In this document: positions 41,169-52,810 of the stretch, piece by piece
Layout of the letters: every line of letters begins with the position of its first letter
Position numbering within the stretch: position 1 is the stretch's first letter
DNA from: an uncultured Verrucomicrobiae bacterium
GTDB taxonomy: Bacteria; Verrucomicrobiota; Verrucomicrobiia; Chthoniobacterales; JAFAMB01
Reading direction: 5' to 3'
Assembly (NCBI GenBank): GCA_963782115.1
Contig: CAWAIK010000002.1
Location: 1 to 64,000 of the forward strand
Length of the DNA: 64,000 nucleotides
The notes under the pieces: generated by a model
What the model was told of the DNA's origin: nothing
Databases searched by the model: none
The model's input: the letters and a program-made list of their open reading frames with translations, nothing else
Made by a program: the position numbers and the translations under genes

Positions 41169-42925
41169 TCAGTGCATCGAAATCCTGGCTATTAAATCGT
41201 CAACTGCAAAGACAGGTGCGGAGCAAGCCTGGTCCGTGCAGAGGAAAGCCGCCGCGTTCTTCAGCGTTGGATACCCGACATCCGGATTTGGTAAGGCGCC
41301 TTCGCGCTCGTCGAGCCACTCAATCCGCTTATACATTCTGGGTTGCCGAATAGCAGCCGAGAAGAGTTCCTGCGCCTTCGGATCATTTTTTCGACCCACA
41401 ACGGTGATGTGCAGGGGGGCCGCCGAATATCTCGTGATCGGCGAGCAGGACGCCGGCCAGAAGGTATCCACGATGGTCCGTCGTTCCTGGCGACGCCACG
41501 AAACGCATCGCCTGCTCGGCCACCTTCTTGTATTCCGCGTTGCCGGTATAATGCCACAAAAGATTTGCCAGCCTGACGACGCCGATATTTTCGTCCAGTG
41601 GAGGTCGAGATTTCAGCGCACCAATGCGTGCGCTGGTAACGTATCCCACGTCAGTCCCAAAATTCTCTGAGATGAACTCGAGAGTACGGACCGCTTTCTG
41701 GAGCCAGGCACGATCGGCTGTGCACCCATACAACGCCAGAAATGCGCGACCCATGGAAAGCGTATCCCCAAGATAAGGTCCCGCAGGGTCGGCTGTATCG
41801 TGTTGAAAACCGCCATCGGAACGCCCTCGATGTGCGCAAATCCAATCAGCTGCTCGAATGGCATCGTCAAGGCAATCCCGTTCCCTTGACACGGCGTAGA
41901 GCACCGTAAGAGCGTTAATCGCCCAGCCATTCTCGCGAGCGTAGACGTGCGTATCGATCCGCGGTATGCCCTGCTTCCGTCGATCGCTGTCACCCAGCTG
42001 AAAGTACGCGCCTCCGTGATCGCCATCGATCAGATCCGCATCCTGACTCGTATAAAATGCACCCTCAGGCGACGTCAGAAAATTCTTCAAATACCCTCGG
42101 ATCCGGTTGGCCGCTTGCAGATAGGTATCGTCGTGCCAAAGCGCATAAGCGGCGGCGTAAATACGCAAGTCCTCCGCTTGCATCTGCATGATCTTTTCAA
42201 AGTGCGGATGCTGCCAGTCCCCATCCGTCGAATACTGGTAAACTCCGCCCCACGCCGGATCGAGCAGTTTGAACTGGGCAGCGAGCGTTTCCCGCCCCAT
42301 ACGTTCAAAGGTTTGGTCGCCGCGTTCAGTCTCGGTCATACAGTACTCGATGGTATCCCAGTCGAGAAATTTCTGCGTCGTACCCCACCCTCGGTTGGTG
42401 TTGTCATAGCTGTCGATCAACATCTGGCGCAATCCGTTTCGTCTTTCGGATCCGAGCGTGATTTCTCCGCCTGGAACCAATGGCGCCTCGGGAACAACCG
42501 AAGGACCGGGCGACGGATCGTCGATGATAGCTTGCAGCATCGAAGCCATCTGGGCTGGAGGCAGATACCCCCGCCGTTTCACGATTTCGCTCCCGTCGCT
42601 GTTAAACACTATGGTGGCAGGCCAGCCGTAATCTTCATATCGATTCGAGAGATCAGGGCGCGCATCAGCGTCGACCCGAACCGCCAGATAGCGCTTGCCT
42701 ACGAGCCCGATGACCATTGGATCGCGGTAGGTAACCTCTTCCATGACGTGACACCAGTGGCACCAGACAGTCCCGAGATCGAGCAATACGAAACGCCCTT
42801 CACTCTTGGCTTGGGCAAAAACGGAATCAGACCATGGTTGCCAGGTAATTGCGGTTCTCCTCAGCCCACGTTCTCGTGACTGGAAGCAGCACGAACGCAA
42901 ACAGAATCGATAGGCCGCGGCCCAT
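41169..42925 (-). CDS. DUF255/YyaL-type thioredoxin-domain protein (frameshifted)
   Basis: ITWQPWS..AK.EGR..WCHWCHVME..VDADARPDL..GWPAT, W.HPHFEK, GAFYTSQDAD, C-terminal AFLCTDQACSAP. Confidence 0.85.
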
Positions 42926-42928
42926 AGT

Positions 42929-43462
42929 TTATTTCCTGTTTATTCGTTGAGAAGCCACGGCCGCCGAACGATCGGGACGCGTCAAGACTTTCTGTCCAAT
43001 CACACGCTTCAATAACGCATCAATCGAGACCAAGCCGGGACCGAAGGCGAGCACGATCAAAGCGGTCAGCAGAAAGGGAAACGGATCGGCTTTTACAAAC
43101 TTATCCGGGTCAGCTGAAGATGCTGGTTATCGCTTCGAAAATCGCCGGTCACATAGGCGACACACATCGAAATCGCGATCATTAGCGCGATCGGTCGAGA
43201 CGCCAGGCCGATAATCAGTAGAAGCCCGCCAAAGCACTCCAGGCTACTCACAAAATAGGCGTTCAGCTTCGGCGCAGGAATACCGAGGCTGGTGAAAAAA
43301 TCGATCACTTTTCCAATGTTCGAAAGCTTACCTTTCCCGGTCAGGAAGAGCTGCCAGAAAAAGTAGAGGCGCAGCGCTAATAACAACGGCGACTGCAAAA
43401 GGTTGGCAGCGGTCACGAACAGGTCGTACGCGCGGCGTATCAGATCGACGAATTCTACTCAT
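42929..43462 (-). CDS. DoxX family membrane protein (BufD-like; frameshifted)
   Basis: LLALRLYFFWQLF..GKGKL..FF.SLGIPAP..ECFGGLLLIIGLASR..GPGLVSID. Confidence 0.85.
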
Positions 43463-44410
43463 GATTTGCGACAGAACCAGCCGAGCGCGGACCAAGCGTC
43501 AAACCATTCCTTGATTTGCGCCGACCAGTCGACGTTCATTCTCTTGCTTGCGGTTATTGCTTCGATACACGCCTCTTCGACCGTGACACCGCGGCCAAGC
43601 GACGTCAGGATCGCAAACGCTTCTTGGTCCAGCCGTTTGTAGTAAAGCATGTTGTCATGCCGATGAACGGCCAGATAGACTCTCTCTCGCTTCGGAGAAC
43701 GAACACGTTTCCGGTGTACTGCTGGCTTTGGCGCACCGTCCATCGCGTTACTCGCTTCGCCGCGCAAAACATCCGATTCACGTTTCTTCACAGCGATCAA
43801 AAAATCGTCGACAGCAAAATTCAATTCCAACAGTGAGAGATAGGGCTGCACGCCGAGGCGCAACTTCGACGGAGGCGTGTCCAGGATGTCGTCCGGCGTC
43901 ACCGCAGGTTTGGCTGCACCGTCAAAGGCCACCACTTGCGCCCATTCAAACCGAACCATGTCCAGAGCCAATTCCTCTCGCGGGGCGCTCCAGTGCGGCT
44001 CCTCTCGCAGGAAAGGCTCAAGTCGATCCCCGAGGTCGCGGAGCGTGTACGAGTCAGACGGATATCGCGTCAGATAAGCGGTGGCCAGTCTTCATGAATC
44101 TCCGCTCCCCGACCACTGCGCGAAGTCCGGGATAGTCGTCATAGAGGCAATCGAGCACGCGAAACCAATATTGCCGATTATAGATTTCCAACCGCTCAAA
44201 CGAACTTAGTCGATCGTTCGGTTTGATAAATTCCGAAGCCACCGCCTTCATGGGAGCGCCGTCGCTCCACCGCTTCTGCATTCCCCACTGCGAGGTCAGC
44301 GGGCGAAAGAGGGCGCTGGTCATCACGCGCTGCAACTGCCGCAGTTGTGCGCGCGAATTGATTTTACGAGGCGGTCGCGGCGAGTTGTTGATCTCGGAAA
44401 TTTGTTGGCT
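43459..44410 (-). CDS. DUF2063 MNIO partner protein (BufC/HvfC-like; frameshifted)
   Basis: FIKPNDRLSSFERLEIYNRQYWFRVLDCLYDDYPGL..DMVRFEWA..AFD. Confidence 0.8.
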
Positions 44411-45216
44411 TTGAGCGCTTCATTGTGAACTTCCTCGAAGGAAGGGATGCGGTCATCCCATTCCAGCAGCGTAGCGGTGCTGCCCACCAGTTTGACGGCG
44501 TGCGCGTACATCTTCCAGACCGGGTCGAGCACCGGATGATCGTGGGTGTCGAGTGTGTATTTTTCGAACTTCGAATGGCCCGCGATGTGGATTTGCCCCA
44601 CGCGATGGTGCGGGACGTTGTTTAGATAGTCGTACGGATCGAAGTTATGATTTTGCGACGAGACATAAATGTTGTTGACATCCAGAAGAATGCCGCAATC
44701 CGCTTGCTCGACGACTTCGCTCAAGAACTCCCACTCCGTCATTTCAGAAGCGTGGTATTCGGCATAACTGCTGACGTTCTCGACACAGATCGGCACTTCC
44801 AGAAAGTCGCGCGCAGCCTTAATCTTCTCGGCGGTATGACGCGCGACGGCAAAAGTGTAAGGCATCGGCAAAAGGTCATGCGTATAACGGCCATCGACGC
44901 TTCCCCAGCAGAGATGATCAGAAAGCCAGGGAGTATTCGTGTATTTAACCAGTCGTTTGAGACGTTTGAGATGCTCCCGGTTAAATTTGTCGGCAGAGCC
45001 GAAATAGATCGCCACACCGTGCTGGACGACCCGGTACTGTTCGAGGATCGAGTCAAGTACCTCCAGAGGGCGGCCTCCGTCGACCATGAAATTTTCCGAG
45101 ATTATTTCAAACCAGTCGACGACGGGCTTTTTCGCGAGAATGTGCCGGTAATGCGGAACGCGCAGGCCAATGCCAATGCCGTATTCCGTAAATCCATTAA
45201 AAGCGTTTGCGGGCAT
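44323..45216 (-). CDS. DUF692 multinuclear non-heme iron oxidase (MNIO, BufB/HvfB-like)
   Basis: GIGLRVPHY, WFEIISENFM, HGV, SDHLCW, DLLP, ENVSSY, LLDVNNIYV, HIAGH, DTH, LLEWD. Confidence 0.93.
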   Translation of the reverse strand: MPANAFNGFTEYGIGIGLRVPHYRHILAKKPVVDWFEIISENFMVDGGRPLEVLDSILEQYRVVQHGVAIYFGSADKFNREHLKRLKRLVKYTNTPWLSDHLCWGSVDGRYTHDLLPMPYTFAVARHTAEKIKAARDFLEVPICVENVSSYAEYHASEMTEWEFLSEVVEQADCGILLDVNNIYVSSQNHNFDPYDYLNNVPHHRVGQIHIAGHSKFEKYTLDTHDHPVLDPVWKMYAHAVKLVGSTATLLEWDDRIPSFEEVHNEALKANKFPRSTTRRDRLVKSIRAHNCGSCSA

Positions 45217-45255
45217 AAACTTTCGGACTTTCTAACAAACTACTATCGGTTGCGT

Positions 45256-45321
45256 GGGGAGGGACGGATTCTATTCCGCTTTCAGATTCCCTGACGGACG
45301 ACATAGAAGCCGTCCCTCCCC
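45256..45321. repeat. GC-rich inverted repeat between the precursor and MNIO genes
   Basis: GGGGAGGGACGGATTCTA ... TAGAAGCCGTCCCTCCCC (17/18 paired). Confidence 0.7.
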
Positions 45322-45382
45322 CAAGTTGATTCTGGTTGTCCGGCAATCCGAGCAACCAAAGTTTTAGCTGGACGACCCTGAA

Positions 45383-45653
45383 TTACCCTCCTTTGGTGGC
45401 GCAACCTCCCTTGCCTTTGCAGGAGTTCTTCCCTTTGCAGCCATTGTCACTCGTCTTACAGCCGCCCTGGCCTTTACATTCGTTCTGGCCTTTGCACCCG
45501 TGCTTGCCCTTTTCGGCATCTGCCATGTGTTTGCAACGCGACACCGGCATTCGTACTCGTGGTGCTCGCGGCATAGGCGCGAACCGCGAAAGAACCTGTC
45601 AATAGGCCGGCGACGGCCGCACCTGCGATCACTGCTTTGGATGGTCTAATCAT
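45383..45653 (-). CDS. Cys-rich RiPP precursor with signal peptide (BufA2-like; one frameshift near 45527)
   Basis: MIRPSKAVIAGAAVAGLLTGSFAVRAYA... then KHGCKGQNECKGQGGCKTSDNGCKGKNSCKGKGGCATKGG; purine-rich RBS. Confidence 0.85.
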
Positions 45654-45869
45654 GTGTCAACTCTTTCTCTCTATTTTGTAGTTGGTGTCTGGTCGCCTTC
45701 GCCACAGCACTGCTGTTCAAAGAAGACAATCAAACATCCGGTCTCCTAATTGTGCGTGCGTCGGCATAATTATAGATGCAGCGGTCAACGCGTTATTCCC
45801 CAAAATTCACCTCGCCAGCTCAGAAACACCTCGGCCTGACATTAGATTCACTGACCCCGGCCACTTCCT

Positions 45870-46735
45870 TCACCCTCCAACGAGATGCGGCCAAATTGTT
45901 TCCAGGGTGCGCAGATTGACCGAACGTCGTTCACCATCGGTTACGGAGCGCTGACGGGGATGATCGAACCGTCCGGCAAGCGCTTGAAATCGTGTGCCGT
46001 ACCGCATCGGCGAAAAAGCGCCGCATAAATCTCCTCCGACAATTCGCACCTTTTGTCGCAGCAAGTTGATTGCCCAAACGAGGTCGGACAAGGCAAACCG
46101 GCCGTTCTCCCAGTTGGTGATTGCATCACTTTCTCCGAGGCAATCCAGATCCACGGTGACATAGATCGTGGGGGTCCGGATCGATTCGACAAATTGCGCA
46201 AAAGCCGCGCGCCAATTTGAAGGCGATATCGGATGAAGCCAGGAAGGATAATTCTTCCTTTCAGATCGCCAGGGCGCCACCCAGAGGCGACCGGAACGGC
46301 AGGCGGATCGATTTCCGAGCAAGCGCCACGGGAGACCGCACTCAAAGCTGCCGCAACCCCAAACCGCCACCTGTTGAACCAAGCGGATTTTCCAGCGCGC
46401 GATTAACCCACGCGCCACAGGACCAGCGAGGCGGACGAACATCCCAGTCCGGATGATTATCGAACGACAGAATTGCGAAGGGTTCTTTTACCGGCGGACA
46501 AAAATCGCTGTCAAATGATGGAAATCCCCCGAGCCTGAAAGAATAAACGGTCGAAAATATTCGCTGAACTTAGCAAAAAAAGACTCCACCGCTCGTTCAG
46601 TCGTGATAAAGCGTAGCGACGGCCCGGCTGCCAAAGCGTCCACGCGAGTCGGGGCCTTGAACCATGGAGAACGTTCAAAGTCCCAGGCATCGTCGAGTGC
46701 AAGCCAGACAGTTTCAGGCGACCGATGCGCTTGAA
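45870..46735 (-). CDS. arginase/ureohydrolase-fold protein (frameshifted)
   Basis: SGDFHHL-like, FDNHPDW, IYVTVDLDCL..NWENG, IVGGDLCGA. Confidence 0.65.
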
Positions 46736-46745
46736 TTCAAATCCC

Positions 46746-47987
46746 CTACCATAGATCATTCGCATTCGGGAACTTTCGAATAACAGGGTCGTATCTCGTT
46801 GGCTCCAGCAACGGCAGAACCCATTTGAAGACCGCATTCACCAAGCCATTCGGAGCGCGCACATAAAGGTCCAGCGGTTCGAGTTCCATTCGAAAATGAT
46901 ACTTGGGATCGTAGTTCAACGGCGCGCTGTGATAAGTGTGAATCCCGTTTTTCAGTGCCCAGACGATGGTGTCTCTCCAGGTCACAAAATAGAGGTGATA
47001 TTCCAAGGCCACGGAGTAATCGAGGCCAATATAGTTGTCCCGGAGCACACCTTCGTGAACGATTGTCGAAGCGAACGCAATAATCCGACCTTCCTGTCGC
47101 CAAATCAAAAATCTCGCGCGATCGTTCATCCGTCGACCAAGCTCGCACAGATACGGCTTAGTCAGCTCTTCAAATTTCAGTTCCGATCTGTCAAAGGTCT
47201 GCCGATAGAGCGGATAGACTTCGTCCACATAAGGCGAGATATCCGTAACAACTTCGCATTCGATCGGGTGACCCTCCGTCTTGCGAAACTTCCGGCGCAA
47301 ATTTTTGCGCATGGTGTAACCCACGCGCGTTTTCAAGTAAGCCTCGAAGTCCGGGAAATCGAGATCCAATTTAGTGGCCGGCATGCTGGGTACGCGCTTA
47401 AATCCGAAGCGGCTCAATCGATCGAGAGATTGACGGTAAATTTTTGGGAAGTCCTTGAAGACGATTAGCATCGCCTTGAGCCGCCGCGCAACCGGAGTCA
47501 GGCTCTCTTTCAACGCCTCAACGGTCCAAGCGATGTCCCGGCTCTGCTTCTCTAGAACTATATCACCTTCGCCTGCCGAGCATCCAACCATTAACATCCG
47601 CAGCTTCAAGAATCCGGGAAAACGGCGCCTGACACGTGCGAGGAGATTTCGAATCGCGGCAGGAGTTCCAGTCGCGAGGTCTTGACTTACAATCAGGAAC
47701 GGCTGTATTGCCCGGGTCATGCCGCCGGCGTCCTTTAGCAATAGGTAGTAATGGGCAAATTGATCTCTTAGCGATTCGTGAACGACCTCGTAATATCGGT
47801 GATCGACGGAATACTCTGCGAAGCCGGAGACCCAAACCTTGTAATCTTCCGGCGGAATGGCATCCGTCACCGTGGCTGATCCAAACGAGGTTTCAATACT
47901 GAAATGGATAGCCGATGAGCCGGTATGCAACAGATTTGCCCTGGATTCCGTTTGTGACTTCTGAGCCGGAGAACCTGGTGGATGCAT
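46746..47987 (-). CDS. GNAT/FemAB-like N-acyltransferase
   Basis: VGCSAGEG, IVFKDFP, DFEAYL..RKNLRRK, YIGLDY..HLYF, YDPK. Confidence 0.8.
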   Translation of the reverse strand: MHPPGSPAQKSQTESRANLLHTGSSAIHFSIETSFGSATVTDAIPPEDYKVWVSGFAEYSVDHRYYEVVHESLRDQFAHYYLLLKDAGGMTRAIQPFLIVSQDLATGTPAAIRNLLARVRRRFPGFLKLRMLMVGCSAGEGDIVLEKQSRDIAWTVEALKESLTPVARRLKAMLIVFKDFPKIYRQSLDRLSRFGFKRVPSMPATKLDLDFPDFEAYLKTRVGYTMRKNLRRKFRKTEGHPIECEVVTDISPYVDEVYPLYRQTFDRSELKFEELTKPYLCELGRRMNDRARFLIWRQEGRIIAFASTIVHEGVLRDNYIGLDYSVALEYHLYFVTWRDTIVWALKNGIHTYHSAPLNYDPKYHFRMELEPLDLYVRAPNGLVNAVFKWVLPLLEPTRYDPVIRKFPNANDLW

Positions 47988-48045
47988 GACGTAAAAATGA
48001 ATTGGCCCGTAGAGCGGCGTTTAAAAACGGTGACTTAGTTTCTGG

Positions 48046-48320
48046 GTGGGATTGGGCATTGTGACGTACGTCGGAAGTTTATTGTTGTGGCTGGTGGCGC
48101 TTCCGCGCCTCCCGCTTCACCTGGCCTACGGATTATCGTCGACGGTGCATCTCATGGTCCCCTTCGCGTGCTGGCTAGTGCTGCATGAGACCATCCCAAT
48201 GGGCCGGCTTCTCGGGATGCTATTCATTCTGGCCGCCTGCAAGAAAAGATCACCGTGCGCGCATGGCTCGCCTCGTTTCTGATCGCGATCGGGATTACTT
48301 TGGTCGCTCTTTTTTAGGGC
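48046..48320 (+). pseudogene. EamA/SMR-type transporter C-terminal fragment
   Basis: LLWLVALPRLPLHLAYGLSS..WLVLHETI..RLLG; N-terminus not found. Confidence 0.55.
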
Positions 48321-48371
48321 TCTTCGCGGCGGAGATCCCATGTCCGATGCGGGTATGCCCTACGGCGGCCG

Positions 48372-49263
48372 TCAGGACCTCTGAACCTCCTGCGCCGGCA
48401 GCGGTCTGCTCTTTTCCGGAAGCGTTGGATCAAGGAACGCCAGTGCGTGCGGAGGCTTGATGACTCGAGTCCCTTCTCGTTGCTGTTGTTCTGCAATCTG
48501 TTGATGCAACTGCTTCATTTTCGTCCAATGCAATTTAGGACGGAAATGGTGCTCCGCGTGGTACCCGTTATTGAACCAGAGCGAGTTGTAGATCTTCTCG
48601 TACGAGCTCACACCCCAGGCGATCGGCTTATCCGGGTTCCCGCCATAATGCAGGAAGTAGCCGTTCAAATACGATAGACAATGCCCGAGGTAATAGAACG
48701 GCAGGAAGAACAGGATAAATTTCCAGTTCAGGATGCCCATGAGAACAAAGAAACTGATGAACGCGGCAATTTCACAAACACCCCAATACGCATCCGCACG
48801 GCTCTTGCGTTTGATTTCCGCAAAGATCGCTTTGGGATCGTCTCGCAGATAGCTGAGAAAGATGTAGCTCCAGACGTTCTCAGCCTCGCCATCGTGGCCG
48901 TGGCGATAGATCGACAGCCAATCAACGGTCTCCCCTTCTTCATCTGGCCTGTCGCTATTCCCCATGTGATGCCGATGATGGACATATTTGTAGAATGTTT
49001 GAGAGAATCCAAGCGTGACAGATTCCATCACAGCAAAGATCCGATTCAGCGGACGCCAACTGAAATACGGGTTGTGGATGAAATTGTGCGAGATCCCGTT
49101 GATGTTCCAGGAGACGCTAATCGAGTAGACGATTCCCATGCCACACCAACACCCACCACGGAGCAACCGGAAAGAGCGCAAACAAGGTCAGGACGTAGGC
49201 AAAATGCAAAATCCCGCACAGGGCCGGCAACGCATCCCATTTCGAATAGGCCAAAATCTTCAT
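48372..49263 (-). CDS. fatty acid desaturase family protein (5' frameshift)
   Basis: His boxes HNFIH, HHRHH, NNGYHAEHH; start MKILAYSKWD at 49263. Confidence 0.85.
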
Positions 49264-49474
49264 ACCAACTGAAACTCATAAAGTAGTTCAGCCGAATCCG
49301 CCACCCGAAGTTTTTTGGGACCAGAACTCAGAAGTCAGGAGTTGCCGGAGTTCAGGAGAAGTGGGTCGGCGTCCGGGGTGAGATGGATCAGGCGGATCCC
49401 CGAGTCAACGTGAAAGCTCAACCGCGAATGCAACAAAGTGCGTGTACTACGCCGACCCGCCGACACGTTTCTCC

Positions 49475-51058
49475 TCAAGCCCGGATATCCCGGTCCTTGG
49501 TCTCTGGCACAAATATCATACCGATAACAAAGGTCACGAGAGCAACGATAATGGGATACCAGAGGCCCGCATAGATATTCCCCGTCGCCACGCTCACACC
49601 CGTCTGCGATTAACGGCAGCAAACCTCCGAAAACGCCATTGCCGATGTGGTACGGGAACGACATCGACGTGTAACGAATCTGAGTTGGGAACAGCTCCAC
49701 TAGAAAGGCGGCGATCGGTCCGTAAACCATAGTGACGTAAATGACCAGGATGAACAGGACCAGAATTGCTCCGGGGAAGTAGATTTTTGCCGGGTCCGCC
49801 ACCTTTGGATACCCTGCGGCGGCTAACGCAGTTCCGAGAGCCTTGGCGTCATACCCCTGCAGTTTGCTGGAACCGATTGCCACCGTGAGGCCGGCACCTC
49901 CTTCTGGAGGCTTAACAGCGAAAGAATAGCCGCGCGTGTTGAGGTCCTGCTTGATCTTATCCAGATCGGGACCGTCCGGCGGCTGAAACCACGATCGGCG
50001 CGCTCTTGAGTGCCTCGGCAAGAGCCGGGTTAACGCATTTGGTGAGCTGATGGAAAAGTGGGAAATAGGTGAGGGCTGCCAACAGGCATCCGGCCATGAT
50101 GATGTACTTGCGTCCGATTCGATCCGAAAGCCATCCGAAAAAGACAAAGAACGGCGTGCCGATCAACAGCGCAACAGCGATCAGTGTGTACGCCGTTGTA
50201 AAGTCTTTGAGGCTAAGTGCATTCTGGAGGAAGAACAAGGCATGAAATTGCCCGGTATACCAGACCACACCCTGACCGGCAGTCGCGCCGAACAGCGCGA
50301 GCCAGACATACTTTGCGTTTGGGTAGGTCAGGAAACTATCCCGCAGCGGCGCTCTCGATCCTTTCCCCTGCGCCTTCATTTCCACAAAGACAGGCGATTC
50401 CTGGAGTTTCAGCCGGATGTAAATCGAGATCCCGAGCAGGATCACAGAAAGGAGGAACGGGATTCGCCAGCCCCAGGACTTGAAAGCTTCAGCCGACAGC
50501 GAAAGCCGGCAAGTCATGATGACAGCGAGCGAAAGAAACAGACCCAAGGTGGCTGTGGTTTGAATCCAGCTTGTATACAGGCCGCGTTTACCCTGAGGCG
50601 CGTGCTCAGCGACATAGGTGGCGGCGCCTCCATACTCGCCGCCCAAGCGCCAAGCCTTGCGTAACACGCAATAAAAACAGAATAATCGGGGCCACCCAAC
50701 CTATCGTTGCAAACGTCGGCAGCACTCCGACCAGCGCCGTCGAAAGACCCATCACGGTGATCGTGATCAGAAAGGTATATTTCCGACCGACCAAATCTCC
50801 GATTCGCCCAAAGAACAGCGCTCCGAAGGGCCGGACAACGAAGCCCACCCCGAAGGTCAGGAGACTGGTCAGGAGTGCGGTGACGGGATTTCCGGGCGGA
50901 AAAAACAGACCGGCAAAAAAGACGGCCAGAGTGCCATAAATATAGAAATCATACCATTCGAAGATGGTACCCAAAGACGAGGCGATAATCACCAGGCGCT
51001 GTTTGGCTTGTAGCTCGCCCTTGGCCAATTCCGATGCGGAGAATACTGGAGTAGACAT
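49475..51058 (-). CDS. MFS transporter, MHS family (frameshifted)
   Basis: ASSLGTIFEWYDF, RPFGALFFGRIGDLVGRK, GGEYGGAATYVAE, WGWRIPF, YGPIAAFLVELFP, PETK. Confidence 0.88.
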
Positions 51059-51344
51059 ACGGTGCTGGGGGGGAAGGTGGTGTTTGCAGACGAGACGGGC
51101 CTGTCGGCGCAATCAACGTCAGCTCCCGGAACCTGCTTAAATGTCACCAGGAAAGCCACCGCATCTCGCATAAGAGAATTGCATACTCAGGTCAAGACAA
51201 ACCCGCAAGAAATCTCGCGTTAGCCGTTCACAGTTCGTCGTTTGGCGCGTTGGTGCCCTCGCGGTAAGCGAACCGTCCCGGTTCGCTCGACTCTTAGTTA
51301 AAGAAGAAAAGCAAGTCGTTGCGCCAAAACGACCGCAACCGCCA

Positions 51345-51400
51345 AACGTTGAACGTTGAACGCCAAACGTTGAACGTTGAACGTTGAACGTTGAACGCCG
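51345..51400. repeat. heptamer tandem repeat (AACGTTG, 8 units, two variant)
   Basis: aacgttg x2, aacgcca, aacgttg x4, aacgccg. Confidence 0.85.
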
Positions 51401-51404
51401 AAGT

Positions 51405-52139
51405 TCATCCGCTATGGGAGAGAATCTTTGACAAGAACTGCTGGGCGCGATCGGTACCCGGCGATCTGAAAAAATCCGTCTTGGGCCTGTCTTCTACGAT
51501 GTCGCCGTGGTCCATGAAGATGACGCGATTGGCAACTTCTCTCGCGAAGCCCATTTCATGGGTGACCACCATCATCGTCATCCCCTCCTGCGCCAGTTTC
51601 ACCATCACATCGAGCACTTCTTTGATCATCTCAGGGTCGAGTGCTGAAGTGGGCTCATCGAACAGCATCGCAATGGGATCCATCGCCAGTGCTCGCGCGA
51701 TCGCCACCCGTTGCTGTTGTCCTCCTGACAATTGCGGCGGAAATTTTTGGGCGTGCGCGGACAAATCCACCATCTCCAAAAGTTTCAGCGCTTTCTCCGT
51801 GGCCTCCCGATTTCCGCGACCGAGCACCTTGCACTGAGCAATCGTGAGATTCTGGATCACTTTAAGATGCGGAAAGAGCTCAAAATGCTGGAACACCATT
51901 CCCACCCGCGCGCGAAGTTTGGAAAGATTCGTATTTCGGGCGCCCACTGAAACTCCGTCGACCAGGATTTCGCCTTCCTGAAAGGCTTCCAAACCGTTCA
52001 CGCATTTGATCAAGGTGGATTTGCCTGAACCCGAAGGCCCACAGACGACGACGACTTCGCCTCTGCTGACTTCTGTGCTGCACTGCTTAAGCACCTGGAA
52101 TTTGCCGTACCATTTCGAGACTTTTTTAATCGAGATCAT
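51405..52139 (-). CDS. gltL: glutamate/aspartate ABC transporter ATPase
   Basis: [41 protein letters not shown]. Confidence 0.9.
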   Translation of the reverse strand: MISIKKVSKWYGKFQVLKQCSTEVSRGEVVVVCGPSGSGKSTLIKCVNGLEAFQEGEILVDGVSVGARNTNLSKLRARVGMVFQHFELFPHLKVIQNLTIAQCKVLGRGNREATEKALKLLEMVDLSAHAQKFPPQLSGGQQQRVAIARALAMDPIAMLFDEPTSALDPEMIKEVLDVMVKLAQEGMTMMVVTHEMGFAREVANRVIFMDHGDIVEDRPKTDFFRSPGTDRAQQFLSKILSHSG

Positions 52140-52810
52140 GACGCGCGTTTCACTTGGAGTGTCCGGACGAGCATCGAGGCGCTAAAAGAGATGACGAAGT
52201 AAACGGCTCCGGCAAATAGAAGCATTTCGACGAGAGTGCCATCCCGATTTCCTGTGTTGTAGGCGACACCGAAAAACTCCGCCAATCCGATGACATACAC
52301 CAACGACGTGTCCTGGAAAAGAATGATCGCCTGGGTCAGGAGCAAAGGAATCATGCGCCGAAAAGCCTGCGGCAGAACAATCAGACGCATCGTTTGACCA
52401 CCAGTCATCCCGAGCGCAAACCCCGCCGAAACCTGCCCTCCGGACACGCTTTGAATTCCGGCTCGAATGATCTCGGCATAGTACGATGCTTCGAAAAGCG
52501 CAAAGGCCACAAAAGCCGAAAGAAGCCGGATATCAATAGCCGGTCGGCCAATCAAACTGCTGATAAACTGGGGAACCAGCAGGTAAAACCAGAGTAACAC
52601 CATCACGAGCGGAACCGACCGGAATCCGTTAACATAAAGCGCCGCCAAGTTCGAAAGGATCCAATTTTTGGACAACCGCATCAGGGCAATCAGTGTGCCA
52701 AGAACAATGCCGACGACGATGGCCACACCGGTGATCTCCAGTGTCCGGACCATTCCCTGCCATAAGAAAGGGAGCGCTCCGGGAATTGAACTCCAGTCAA
52801 ATTCGTACAT
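52136..52810 (-). CDS. gltK: glutamate/aspartate ABC transporter permease
   Basis: [40 protein letters not shown]. Confidence 0.9.
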   Translation of the reverse strand: MYEFDWSSIPGALPFLWQGMVRTLEITGVAIVVGIVLGTLIALMRLSKNWILSNLAALYVNGFRSVPLVMVLLWFYLLVPQFISSLIGRPAIDIRLLSAFVAFALFEASYYAEIIRAGIQSVSGGQVSAGFALGMTGGQTMRLIVLPQAFRRMIPLLLTQAIILFQDTSLVYVIGLAEFFGVAYNTGNRDGTLVEMLLFAGAVYFVISFSASMLVRTLQVKRAS

